Source: Dehalococcoidia bacterium
Lineage (GTDB): Bacteria > Chloroflexota > Dehalococcoidia > Plut-88900
Direction of reading: 5' to 3'
Assembly (NCBI GenBank): GCA_965207225.1
Contig: CBDBLV010000005.1
Coordinates: 1,696,001-1,760,000 of the forward strand
DNA: 64,000 nucleotides
The notes under the pieces were generated by a model, which saw nothing but the letters and a program-made list of their open reading frames with translations, did not search any database and was not told the DNA's origin. Shown one piece after another: positions 38,467-48,091 of this stretch (positions within the stretch are counted from its first letter, which is position 1; the number at the start of each line of letters is the position of its first letter). Position numbers and translations under genes: made by a program.

Positions 38467-40374
38467 ATGGACGCCGACTCAACAGCTAAAACGAGCAGGC
38501 CCAGCGGAGTCGTAAGGCGTACCGCCGCCGCCTTCCGCCCATACTGGATCAAACTCCTCGGAATCGCATTCCTGATCCTTGTGACTGCCGGCCTGGGAGT
38601 GGTCAATCCTCTCTTGATCCGAGAGGTGTTCGACTCCGCCCTCTTCCCACCCTCCGGCACCCCCGACCTGACCCTGCTCTGGATTCTGGCCGGGGTGATG
38701 GTGGGGGTTGCCGTGGTAACTGGGGGTCTCGGGATTGTCCAGACCTACATGACCAATCTGGTGGGCCAGCGAGTCATGCGCGACCTGCGAGACCGCCTCT
38801 ACGTTCACCTCCAGGGCCTGTCGCTGGGCTTCTTTTCGGGGACTCGTACAGGCGAAATCCAGTCCCGCATAGCCAACGACGTAGGAGGAGTCCAGAACGT
38901 CGTCACCACTACCGTCTCCAATGTCCTGTCTAACACGGTCATTGTAATCAGCACCGTTGCGGCCATGACCGTACTCTCCTGGCAGCTTACGGTCGTGGCT
39001 GTGGGAACCACCCCAATCTTCTTCGCCCTCTCCAAACTGGTGGGAGACCGACGCCGCGCCGTCACGGCCCAGTCCCAGAAGGCGGCGGCGGACATGACCG
39101 CTACCACCCAGGAGACCCTGTCCATCTCTGGCATCATGCTGGCCAAGCTATTCGGCCGGCAGAACCAGGAAAGCGAACGATTCCGGACCGAAAACCAGCG
39201 GCTGGCCGACCTCTCGGTGCGCCTGCAGATGACCGGCCAGTCCTTCTTCGCCGTGATGCGCATATTCTTCTCCATCTCCCCCGTGGCCATCTACCTCATT
39301 GCCGGCTACCTGCTTACCGGGAGCGCCTTTGGGGGAGTGACCGCCGGGACCCTGGTCGCCTTCACCACGCTCCAGTCCAGGCTGTTCTTCCCCATGGGCA
39401 GCCTGCTCCAGGTGTCGGTGGAGCTCCAGGCCTCGCTGGCATTGTTCGAGCGCATATTCGGCTACCTCGGCATCGAGCCCGACATTACGGACTCGCCCAG
39501 CGCGACCAGGTTGGACCACCGGCAAGTCCGAGGTCGAGTGTCCTTCAAGTCGGTGGGCCTGTCTTATGAGGACCCTTCTGAGCGCGAAACAACCAGCCAG
39601 CGATGGGCCCTGCGCGGAGTTAGCTTTCACGTTGAGCCGGGGCAATTGGCAGCTTTCGTCGGGCCGAGCGGGGCAGGCAAAACCACCATCTCCTACCTGA
39701 TTCCCCGTCTGTACGACCCTACCGAGGGCTCGGTGCTGATCGACGGACTGGACGTCCGGGCGATCAGCCTCGAAAGCCTCGCCCGACTCACCGGCTACGT
39801 GACCCAGGAGAGCTACCTGTTTCACGCCAGCATCAGGAACAACCTTCTGTACGGAAACCCTGAGGCTTCCCAGCAAGAGATTGAGGCCGCCGCCCGGGCC
39901 GCCTACATACACGACAAGATCATGGAATTCCCCGACGGCTACAATACGGTGGTCGGCGAACGCGGCTACAGGCTGTCCGGGGGCGAACGTCAGAGGCTGT
40001 CCATAGCCAGGGTGATTCTTCACGACCCCCGGGTGTTGATCCTGGATGAGGCTACCTCGGCCCTGGACACGGCGAGCGAACGCCAGGTCCAGGCCGCCCT
40101 GGAACCACTGATGCGCGGCAGGACCGCCATCGCCATAGCACACCGTCTCTCCACGATCATGGCGGCGGACGTGATATTTGCAATGGACAGGGGCAGGATA
40201 GTGGAGCAGGGCACTCATGCAGAGCTCCTCGAGCATGGGGGCTTGTACGCAAGGCTCTATACCGAACAGTTCGAGGGTGGGCGCGTCGAATGTATTTGCG
40301 AGGACGGGGTAGTCCTGTGCGACGGCACCATAGAGCAGTTCATCGAACCCGCCTTGCCCGTCGTCAGCCGGTGA
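38467..40374 (+). CDS. ABC exporter, fused permease/ATPase
   Basis: Transmembrane domain plus GPSGAGKT, LSGGERQR, ILDEATS, IAHR. Confidence 0.95.
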   Translation: MDADSTAKTSRPSGVVRRTAAAFRPYWIKLLGIAFLILVTAGLGVVNPLLIREVFDSALFPPSGTPDLTLLWILAGVMVGVAVVTGGLGIVQTYMTNLVGQRVMRDLRDRLYVHLQGLSLGFFSGTRTGEIQSRIANDVGGVQNVVTTTVSNVLSNTVIVISTVAAMTVLSWQLTVVAVGTTPIFFALSKLVGDRRRAVTAQSQKAAADMTATTQETLSISGIMLAKLFGRQNQESERFRTENQRLADLSVRLQMTGQSFFAVMRIFFSISPVAIYLIAGYLLTGSAFGGVTAGTLVAFTTLQSRLFFPMGSLLQVSVELQASLALFERIFGYLGIEPDITDSPSATRLDHRQVRGRVSFKSVGLSYEDPSERETTSQRWALRGVSFHVEPGQLAAFVGPSGAGKTTISYLIPRLYDPTEGSVLIDGLDVRAISLESLARLTGYVTQESYLFHASIRNNLLYGNPEASQQEIEAAARAAYIHDKIMEFPDGYNTVVGERGYRLSGGERQRLSIARVILHDPRVLILDEATSALDTASERQVQAALEPLMRGRTAIAIAHRLSTIMAADVIFAMDRGRIVEQGTHAELLEHGGLYARLYTEQFEGGRVECICEDGVVLCDGTIEQFIEPALPVVSR

Positions 40375-40531
40375 GCCCGACCCCGGCAATCTTTAAGCTT
40401 GTATCCGGCGCTCAATCATCACCTGGCTCTAACCCAACCACAACGGATAACCCCTAAGCCCTCCCTCCCGTCATGGTTGACACCAGCCTGTTTCCGAGCC
40501 GTCCGAAAGTATGAGTCCATTCCTCATCCTA

Positions 40532-40568
40532 TTCGTCATTCCCGACCCCGATCGGGAATCCATCCCCG
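40532..40568. repeat. REP-like palindrome family 1 (GTCATTCCCG...CGGGAATCC), copy 1
   Basis: 36/37 identical to 41841-41877; degenerate copy near 46794. Confidence 0.85.
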
Positions 40569-40578
40569 GGTGACGGGG

Positions 40579-40611
40579 CCGCTCATGCTGAGGCTCTCGA
40601 AGTATGAGCGG
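40579..40611. repeat. REP-like palindrome family 2 (CGCTC..GCTGAG..TCGAAG..GAGCG)
   Basis: Related copies at 41519-41552, 46836-46867, 61842-61880. Confidence 0.8.
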
Positions 40612-40762
40612 AGGCGGGGCCCACGGCTTGCCAATACGTCCCGTCAGCCTTGCAAAAGCCCCACCCCCCCTCTCCCATCCCATTCCGATGCCCCGCGAGG
40701 AATCTAGGATTTGCCCACTCATGTCCTTTACCTCCCTCCCCCCTCCTCCCCAGTACTGAACT

Positions 40763-40810
40763 AGAGGCAGAGGTCGGCGCAGAAGCGCCGACCTCTGCCT
40801 CTGTTCTTCT
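40763..40810 (+). terminator. 18-bp perfect hairpin plus pyrimidine tract (terminator-like, copy A)
   Basis: AGAGGCAGAGGTCGGCGC-AGAA-GCGCCGACCTCTGCCTCT-GTTCTTCT. Confidence 0.65.
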
Positions 40811-40930
40811 CTCCCCCTCTCCCTTATAGGCCCTAAGAGCCTGCCCCGTACCCCGATACGGGGGAGAGGGGGATCAAGGGGGTGAGGGTTCCCCTGTGGG
40901 GTCGAGGGGCACCCCCCCAAACGTGTACAT

Positions 40931-40959
40931 TTGCACTACCTGAACTCCCGTGCTATAAT
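40931..40959 (+). promoter_or_regulatory. Sigma70-type promoter
   Basis: TTGCAC-17 bp-TATAAT with extended -10 TG. Confidence 0.75.
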
Positions 40960-41022
40960 AACCCCCAGGCATCCGATCTCGTACCTCGGAGCCCATCACA
41001 CAGGAAAGGAATAAGGAGTCTT

Positions 41023-42087
41023 ATGAGACGCAACAGCCTGATCAGCTCTCGTCCCACCCGGGCCCTGCGCGAACGCCCGGCCACCGACACGCGCCTGCTC
41101 CCCTCACCCTTTCCTCCAGGCGATGGAAGGTCCATCGACTCTCCGCGGCACACCTGTCTTCCAGGTCTACCCCGCGGCTGCGCCCCCTCATTAGGGCGTC
41201 TAGCCCCCGCCATGCGCGAGGGGCTCTACCCCGACTTTGTCGGGTCCCCCGAGGGCATTGCGCCCCGGGACTACTCCCCCGTCTTCCCCCTCGGAGATCC
41301 CCTTTCACCCGGAGACGGCAAAGAGTCTGCGCTCCCATCCCTCCGAATGGTAGAGCGTCTCCCGCATACGGACAGGCCGCAAGGGGAAACTCCCTCCAGC
41401 CCTGCCGACTTGCGGGTCTGGCGCAGCTTGGCCCCCCCGCCCCTGCGCCCTGGTCATGGTCCTTCCATCGCCTACCCGGCCCTTCCCTTCTCCGTACTCC
41501 CCGACCCCCGGTGTGGGGCCGCTCACGCTGAGGCCACTCGAAGGGTCGAGCGAGGGGTGGCCCACATCCGACTGTCACGTCTCGCCGGTCATCCCCGCCC
41601 ACCCTATGCCGTCATCCCCTCCCCACCCACCAGTACCAAACTAGGGGCAAGCGCCTGCGCCAGGGCGCAGGCGCTTGCCCCTGTTTTTCTCTCCCCGTCG
41701 AGGGACTCGGGGCAGGCTCTTAGGGCCATTAAGGGAGAGGGGGAGAGGGAGACCAAGGGGGTGAGGGTTTCATCCCCGATCCTTAAACAATCAAAGCCGT
41801 GCCTGAAACCGCAAAACAATCAAAAACCCGCCCCCTCCCCTTCGTCATTCCCGACTCCGATCGGGAATCCATCCCCGTGGGGCGCGGTGCGGCGGGGATC
41901 TCCCCTGCACCACGCGAAATCCCCAGAAAACCCTTTAGGCGTCGTTCAATCAAACCAGCTACGAGTTCAATCAACTTTCAATCAACGTTCAATCAAAACC
42001 TCCCCCCACCCACTACCCGAAAATCGAAGACCACCATACGCTATAATGCCCCGAGACACCTTCCCCCGCCGGAGAACCCGACCATGA
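41023..42087 (+). CDS. Orphan Pro-rich ORF (354 aa) running through palindromic repeats
   Basis: Promoter plus AAGGAG RBS plus ATG; three PG[DH]G motifs; stop overlaps next start (ATGA); no recognisable family. Confidence 0.4.
   Translation: MRRNSLISSRPTRALRERPATDTRLLPSPFPPGDGRSIDSPRHTCLPGLPRGCAPSLGRLAPAMREGLYPDFVGSPEGIAPRDYSPVFPLGDPLSPGDGKESALPSLRMVERLPHTDRPQGETPSSPADLRVWRSLAPPPLRPGHGPSIAYPALPFSVLPDPRCGAAHAEATRRVERGVAHIRLSRLAGHPRPPYAVIPSPPTSTKLGASACARAQALAPVFLSPSRDSGQALRAIKGEGERETKGVRVSSPILKQSKPCLKPQNNQKPAPSPSSFPTPIGNPSPWGAVRRGSPLHHAKSPENPLGVVQSNQLRVQSTFNQRSIKTSPHPLPENRRPPYAIMPRDTFPRRRTRP
41643..41690 (+). terminator. 18-bp perfect hairpin plus T tract (terminator-like, copy B)
   Basis: AGGGGCAAGCGCCTGCGC-CAGG-GCGCAGGCGCTTGCCCCT-GTTTTTCT. 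Confidence 0.7.
41841..41877. repeat. REP-like palindrome family 1, copy 2
   Basis: Near-identical to 40532-40568. Confidence 0.85.
41944..41997 (+). repeat. Phased direct repeats (G/T)TTCAATCAA x4
   Basis: Starts at 41944, 41965, 41976, 41987 (spacing 21, 11, 11). Confidence 0.85.
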
Positions 42088-43115
42088 GAATGGACTTCAG
42101 CGTCGCCTGGGGCCGAGCCCTCGCCTCCTACGAAATCGCCGACCACGCTGCCGCCGCAGAGCAGGCCGGCTTCGACATGCTCGGCATCATCGATACCCAG
42201 AACCTTGCCCGGGACCCCTATCCCGCCATGACCATAGCCGCCCTCAACACCAACCGCGTGCGCATCGGGCCCTCAGTGACCAACACCTTCACCCGGCACC
42301 CCGCAGTCACCGCCAACGCCATGGCCACCATCGACGAGATATCCGGGGGCCGGGCCTGGGTGGGGCTGGGGTCGGGGTTCAGCGCAGCCCGCACAATGGA
42401 CATCAACGTCCGTCCCATGGCGCTGCTCGAAAACGTCATCAACTTCATCCACACCTACACATCCGGGCACGAGGCCGAGTTTAACGGCGCCAAAATGCAC
42501 AACGAGTGGATACAGCGTCGACTCCCGGTGTACGTTCACGCCGCAGGCCCTAGGACCTGCGAAATCGCCGGTCGGCTGGGCGACGGCGTGCTCCTCTGTT
42601 CCAAGGGCAGCCCCATCGTCGCCAAGTGGTGCCTGGACCTGGTCCACCGGGCCGCCGAAAAGGCGGGTCGGGACCCCGACGACATCGACATCCGCGTCTG
42701 TCTCCCCCTCTACGTTGAGGAGGACGGAGACAGGGGTTGGGACGAGATGGCCGCCTCCGTCGCCACCATGTGTACTGGCTTCTATCTCTCCATCTTCCGC
42801 CACGACTCCAACCCCGACGTCCAGAGCCTGATCAGTCAGATCGACTCAGACCTGCTCCAGGAACTCAAGCGCGTCCACGACGCCTACGACTACTACCAGC
42901 ACGAACGCGTCGACGCCGACCACGCTAGGCTCGTCACCCGGCAACTCATAGACTTCGTCGGCATGTACGGCACCGCCGACCAGATCCGCGAACGTGTCTA
43001 CGAATTGCAGCAGGCCGGGGTCAAGGCGCTCGACTGCCACATGTGGACCTTTATCGACAAGAAGAAGCAGATGAGTCTTATCGGCGAAAGTATCATGCCC
43101 TATTTCAGGAACTAG
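42084..43115 (+). CDS. LLM-class flavin/F420-dependent oxidoreductase
   Basis: TRHPAVTANAMATIDEISGGRAWVGLGSG, AGPRT; distant paralog of the 17.7-19.9 kb pair. Confidence 0.92.
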   Translation: MRMDFSVAWGRALASYEIADHAAAAEQAGFDMLGIIDTQNLARDPYPAMTIAALNTNRVRIGPSVTNTFTRHPAVTANAMATIDEISGGRAWVGLGSGFSAARTMDINVRPMALLENVINFIHTYTSGHEAEFNGAKMHNEWIQRRLPVYVHAAGPRTCEIAGRLGDGVLLCSKGSPIVAKWCLDLVHRAAEKAGRDPDDIDIRVCLPLYVEEDGDRGWDEMAASVATMCTGFYLSIFRHDSNPDVQSLISQIDSDLLQELKRVHDAYDYYQHERVDADHARLVTRQLIDFVGMYGTADQIRERVYELQQAGVKALDCHMWTFIDKKKQMSLIGESIMPYFRN

Positions 43116-43142
43116 CCCCTCGCCCCACACGGAGGACTGACC

Positions 43143-44003
43143 ATGACCGACAATTCAAACAGAGGCATCACCGACTGGCACACTCATTGCTACCTCCCCG
43201 AGCACCGCAGCAAAGAGGCCATGGCTGAGCGCATCAAGTACGGCGTCCGCGGCGGCGAGGCCTGGCCCGACGAACACCGCGCCGCCATGGACAATGCCAA
43301 CGCTACCCAGTTCGCCGTCATAAACGTCCCCCGGCGCCCGGGCCACGACGTCCCCAACGAGTTCATATCCGAGTACTGTGCTCAATACCCGGGTCGGGCT
43401 ATTGGCTTTGCCTCCGTCCACCCGAACGACCCCACCGCCTTCGATGACTTCGAAAACAGTGTCAAGAATCTGGGGCTCAAGGGGTTGAAGCTCTCTCCCG
43501 TCTACCAGGCCTTCGACCCCTGGTCCCCGGAGGCCTGGCGCCTCTACTACATGGCCCAGGACTTCGGCGTGCCCGTCATGTTCCACATGGGCGGCATGTA
43601 TGACCCCAAGGGCACCCTGGAGTGGGGAGACGTGCTGACGTTGGACAAGGTCGCCATGGCATGCCGGGACCTGAAGATAATCGTCGCCCACTTCGGCCAG
43701 CCCCAGATGCAGGAGACCGTCATGCTCCTGCGCAAGAACCTCAACGTCTTCACCGACCTCTCCGCCCGGTTCCACCGCAAGTGGCAGCTCTACAACGGCC
43801 TCCAGGTGGCCATCGAATACAAGGTCACCGACCGCATCCTCTTCGGCTCCGACTTCCCAGTCATGCCTCCTGCCCAGGCCGCCGACATCTTCCGAAACTT
43901 CAACGAGTGGGGAGACGGCATCAAGCTTCCCCCCATCCCCCCAGACCTCATAGACGACATCCTCCACAACCGACCCTTCTCCATGATGGGCATAGAGGCC
44001 TAG
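43143..44003 (+). CDS. Amidohydrolase_2 family protein
   Basis: DWHTH, GLKL, FHMG, AHFG, FGSDFP. Confidence 0.9.
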   Translation: MTDNSNRGITDWHTHCYLPEHRSKEAMAERIKYGVRGGEAWPDEHRAAMDNANATQFAVINVPRRPGHDVPNEFISEYCAQYPGRAIGFASVHPNDPTAFDDFENSVKNLGLKGLKLSPVYQAFDPWSPEAWRLYYMAQDFGVPVMFHMGGMYDPKGTLEWGDVLTLDKVAMACRDLKIIVAHFGQPQMQETVMLLRKNLNVFTDLSARFHRKWQLYNGLQVAIEYKVTDRILFGSDFPVMPPAQAADIFRNFNEWGDGIKLPPIPPDLIDDILHNRPFSMMGIEA

Positions 44004-44102
44004 ACCTGCATCCCCCTCCCATCCCGAGGCCCCGCGAGGGATCTGAGGCAATGTTCCAATGGGACGTTCAATCGGAGCTTCCCGCGTCTCCCATGTCAGG
44101 GC

Positions 44103-45095
44103 CTAAAGCCTCCACGCCACCTCCCCCAACCCCTTCAGCGTCTCCATCCGGTTCTCGGCGGGCAACCGGAAGACGACCTCCTCAGGCCCGAGTCTCACAA
44201 TCTCCCTCACCCGCTCCCGACACTCCTCCATTGTCCCAACGATGGCCGCATGTCTAACCAGAGCGTCGGAGGCCAACCCCTCCCCACCCCCAGACGGTGA
44301 CCTCCCGAAGGACTTGGCCCCCCTGATCGCGGCAACCTCATCCTGGAGTGACTCTGGCATCTCCTCTCGCCAGGTCGCCGGGGCTCGACGCAGCTGATAG
44401 GTGACCACGGGCCTAACCCGTTCTATCGCCTTGTCCGGACTGTCATCCCATGAGATGGTGAGTTGCACGTGTGCCTCAACTTTACCCGGGCCCCGGCCCG
44501 CGGACTGCGCCGCCTCTCTCAGCCTCCGCACCTTGAGGCCCATAGCCGTCGTGTTCGATGGCCCTGCTATCAACGCACCATCGGTCAGCCTTCCGGCCAG
44601 TTCCGTCATTCTCGGGCCCCAGACCGACAGGTAGACCGGCACTCGACGCCCCACTGCTTGTACCCGGTACGTCCCTCTCCCTTCAACCTCGACCTCCTTA
44701 CCGTACACCAATGCTTGTAGGTCCCGTAGCCTCGCCTCGAACTGCGCCATCGACTCCGTCGCGTATCCGAGCGCATTCGCCGATCCGGGTGCCCCCCTCC
44801 CCACCCCCAACACCGCCCGACCATTGCTCAAATCATCCAGCGTCGCGATCCCGTTGGCAATCACGGAAATGTGCCTTGTTAGAGGATTCGACACCCCCGG
44901 CCCGAGCTTGATTTTGTTGGTCGCCTGTGCCGCGACGGCTAATGCGATGTATGCGTCCTTTGTGTAGATAGTCGTATCCCATATCCACAGCGTCGAAAAC
45001 CCTATCGCCTCGGCTTCCCGGGCCACAACACCGATTCCGCTTACCGAGGCCCAGGGGTCGGCCCACGTGATTATTCCGAATCGGGTGTCCGCCAA
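44103..45095 (-). CDS. LLM-class (Mer-like) oxidoreductase
   Basis: GPGVSNPLTRH, ATLDDLSNGRAVLGVG; TTG start with GAGGAG RBS. Confidence 0.9.
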   Translation of the reverse strand: MADTRFGIITWADPWASVSGIGVVAREAEAIGFSTLWIWDTTIYTKDAYIALAVAAQATNKIKLGPGVSNPLTRHISVIANGIATLDDLSNGRAVLGVGRGAPGSANALGYATESMAQFEARLRDLQALVYGKEVEVEGRGTYRVQAVGRRVPVYLSVWGPRMTELAGRLTDGALIAGPSNTTAMGLKVRRLREAAQSAGRGPGKVEAHVQLTISWDDSPDKAIERVRPVVTYQLRRAPATWREEMPESLQDEVAAIRGAKSFGRSPSGGGEGLASDALVRHAAIVGTMEECRERVREIVRLGPEEVVFRLPAENRMETLKGLGEVAWRL

Positions 45096-45206
45096 GCGTG
45101 GTCTCCTCTTATGCCGAGCATCGGACGGGTGTAACGTAGTCGAGCGCACAGTATAATCTCTCTCGCGACGCCCCCTTGAAACACTCTTCTCCGAGGTAAT
45201 GATGTA

Positions 45207-46781
45207 ATGCTAGATCTTCTCATCAACAACGGAATGATCATCGATGGCGCAGGAGGGCCCGGCTTCTACGCGTCGGTCGGAGTCCAGGGTGAGGAACTCG
45301 AGATCATTCGCGGCGACGTTTCCCACGTGCAGGCCGCCCGGGTCATCGACGCCACCGGTCACGTAGTCTCTCCCGGCTTTATCGACGTCCACTCCCACGG
45401 CGGCTTTACCATCCTCAAAGAGCCGCTCCACGAGCCCAAGGTCCGGCAGGGCGTCACCACCGAGCTCATCGGCATCGATGGCAACTCCGCTGCCCCATTC
45501 AAGACCCAGGAAGACCTCCACCGATTTATCGAAATGGACGCGGGTCTCAATGACAGGCCTCCTATGCCCACCGACTGGTCCTCCGTCGCCGATTTCCTGG
45601 CTCTCTACAACAACAACGTCTCCGTCAACATCTGCTACATCCTCGGCAACTCACCCGTCCGCATCTGGTCCGTCGGCTGGGACGACAGGCCCGCCACCGG
45701 CGCCGAGATCGAAGACATGAAGTCGGTAATCCGAGAAGCGATGGAGGACGGGGCCTTTGGCCTGTCCACGGGCCTGGACTACCCTCCTGGCGGCTACGCC
45801 GACACCAATGAACTCATAGAGCTTTCCAAGACCACCAACGCAATGGGAGGCTTCTATCACACCCACACCCGGGCCTCCCTCAAGTCTCAGGGCCTCCTTG
45901 CCCCGTGGCACGAGGCCATCGAGATAGGCCGCAAGAGCGACATCCCCGTCCACCTCACCCACTATCGTCAGAGCGCCCAGGGAGTCGGGTCTCACCTTGA
46001 TTACATAGGCCTCGTGGAAGACGCCCGAGCCGAGGGCATGGACGTCACCTTCGACTGCTATCCCTACATATACTCCAGCACGCGGGCGACCATTGAGCTT
46101 CCCCTATGGACCATGGACGGCGGCCCGGAGCGTATCTTCGAAGTCCTTTCCGACCCCGACGACAGGGCCCGACTCGTCGCCGAAATGAAGGCCGGCGGCC
46201 GGGATGCGACTGCCAACTGGCTCACCAACCTGCAAAAGGAGCACAACAAGCAGTACGAGGGCTTATCGGTGAAGGAGATCGGGCGGATGCGGGGCCAGGA
46301 CCCTCTGGACGCCTTTCTGGACATCCTCCAGGACGACGGCCTGGACCTGTGCATCGTCGGTCTGGGGACCAACGCCAATACCCTGCCCGCGTTCGTTTCC
46401 CACCCGTGCGGCATGGTCGGGAGCGACGCCGTGCTGATGGGCGAGTTCCCCAGCCCCAGGACCTACGGCTGCTTCCCCGTCATCCTCGCCGAGAACGTAC
46501 GCGCCGAGAAGCAACTGCAACTGCCGGAGGCCATCCGCAAGATGACCTCCTTCCCGGCCCAGCGCCTGGGCCTCAAGTCCCGGGGCCTCCTCCGCGACGG
46601 CTACAAGGCCGATATCACCATCTTCAACCCCGAGACCGTCAAAGCCCCCGCAACCCGAGAAAACCCCAAGCAGTTCCCCCTCGGAATCCCCTACGTCATA
46701 GTCAACGGCAAAGTCGTCGTCGACGAAGGCCAGCACTCAGGACGACTGCCGGGTCGGGCGCTGAGGTTTGGTCGGGACTAG
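45207..46781 (+). CDS. N-acyl-D-amino-acid deacylase
   Basis: PGFIDVHSH, QGVTTE, GLSTGLDYPPG, GSD, PRTYGCFP, EAIRKMT. Confidence 0.92.
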   Translation: MLDLLINNGMIIDGAGGPGFYASVGVQGEELEIIRGDVSHVQAARVIDATGHVVSPGFIDVHSHGGFTILKEPLHEPKVRQGVTTELIGIDGNSAAPFKTQEDLHRFIEMDAGLNDRPPMPTDWSSVADFLALYNNNVSVNICYILGNSPVRIWSVGWDDRPATGAEIEDMKSVIREAMEDGAFGLSTGLDYPPGGYADTNELIELSKTTNAMGGFYHTHTRASLKSQGLLAPWHEAIEIGRKSDIPVHLTHYRQSAQGVGSHLDYIGLVEDARAEGMDVTFDCYPYIYSSTRATIELPLWTMDGGPERIFEVLSDPDDRARLVAEMKAGGRDATANWLTNLQKEHNKQYEGLSVKEIGRMRGQDPLDAFLDILQDDGLDLCIVGLGTNANTLPAFVSHPCGMVGSDAVLMGEFPSPRTYGCFPVILAENVRAEKQLQLPEAIRKMTSFPAQRLGLKSRGLLRDGYKADITIFNPETVKAPATRENPKQFPLGIPYVIVNGKVVVDEGQHSGRLPGRALRFGRD

Positions 46782-46793
46782 TCCCCGTTAGCC

Positions 46794-46867
46794 GTAATTC
46801 CGTTCCCCAACCTGGAATCGAAGGGAGGGGTGGGGCGCTCGTGCTGAGGCTCTCGAAGTATGGGCGG
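46794..46867. repeat. Composite of REP-like families 1 (degenerate) and 2
   Basis: CGTAATTCC...GGAATC followed by CGCTCGTGCTGAGGCTCTCGAAGTATGGGCGG. Confidence 0.7.
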
Positions 46868-47014
46868 CTCGGTGAATCCTCTCTCATCTCCCTCGACATT
46901 GAAAGGCAAATGTGAAGGTATTTCCGTGTATTCCCAATTCAAGTTCCAGAAACAAACCTTAAATACCGACTGCGGAAATCCAAACGCAAATCTAAAGCGA
47001 TAAGTGTAGGAACT

Positions 47015-48091
47015 CTAGGCAGGATTTATATACAGCACTTTGACTTCGTGCTCATCTGTATTCTGGGTATCGATGGTTAAGCTGAGTTCAGATTCTAGCG
47101 ATAGGTTAAGGCCTCCCCAAAGATAATGATCGTTCCATGCAAAATCATATACTGCTAGTCTATCATCATCCATAACGTACCCGTCAGGCTTATATACAAA
47201 AACAGAAAAATCGCAATCTAGTGTGGCGGTTACTTTAACTAGAAGTTGGGTGGAAGATAATTCTCGCACGTCCAAAACGTGCAAATCACTTATTCCATAT
47301 AAGCGATCCAGAAACGGTGATTCGTATTCTACGGATAGTCCCAGGTCGGCGGGGTCCCATTCGTAACCAGAGTAGATCTTTAAAAGGGAGTCCACAATCA
47401 TTCTTTCAGTGTCCAAATCAAGCTGGGATAATTTGAGCCTTGGGCGTACATAAACGTCCACAAATTCCGATAGTGAAGGCATTAAGACCACTTTATCTTT
47501 TGATATGCCACGCAGTTTCAAGTCATTGATAAGGTCTGGATGTAAGGAATTCTTTTTCTTCTTGTGCCTCTTACCTTTGTCGTCCTTGTCTGTGTTGGCA
47601 AAGTCTGGATCCTCCGATACAAGTATAACTGGATCGCTTACAGCAGAGGCCAAATCTATTACCGTGTCCCATACCAACGCATCTCTGTAACCCGATCCGG
47701 TTTCATCGAACGGCTTTTGTCTAGACGCGGCTCGGTGCACCAAATCTTCATGTAGCGTGGTTGGATATTCCACGATAATTGAGCCAGATTCATTGATTTT
47801 GGATTCGAATCTCTTCAGATATTGTGCATTCTCCGTTTCCTTATCAAGATTGTCTATCGAGGATTGGAGACATTGCCCCAGACGTCTAGAAAGGAAGTCC
47901 AGACCTTTGCTTACTTTCTTCGTCTCGCGATCCAGCATCCTGGCAAAATCAGCGGCAACTTCCACAAATACAAGTTTCGGAACACAGACCTTATAACCAG
48001 CGAGGGATGACGTCGAAGTAAATAACTCAAAAAGACGGCTATCCCCGTAGCCCTCGCTGATGATTACACTGGAATCCAAAACAACATACAT
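47015..48091 (-). CDS. PIN domain protein (DUF4935-like), low GC
   Basis: VVLDSSV, KPF...GYRDALVW, VSEDPDF; AT-rich relative to flanks. Confidence 0.82.
   Translation of the reverse strand: MYVVLDSSVIISEGYGDSRLFELFTSTSSLAGYKVCVPKLVFVEVAADFARMLDRETKKVSKGLDFLSRRLGQCLQSSIDNLDKETENAQYLKRFESKINESGSIIVEYPTTLHEDLVHRAASRQKPFDETGSGYRDALVWDTVIDLASAVSDPVILVSEDPDFANTDKDDKGKRHKKKKNSLHPDLINDLKLRGISKDKVVLMPSLSEFVDVYVRPRLKLSQLDLDTERMIVDSLLKIYSGYEWDPADLGLSVEYESPFLDRLYGISDLHVLDVRELSSTQLLVKVTATLDCDFSVFVYKPDGYVMDDDRLAVYDFAWNDHYLWGGLNLSLESELSLTIDTQNTDEHEVKVLYINPA

Noticed and set aside
40500-42000. CRISPR array or IS element
   Set aside because: No regular repeat-spacer periodicity, no cas or transposase gene, no clear target-site duplication
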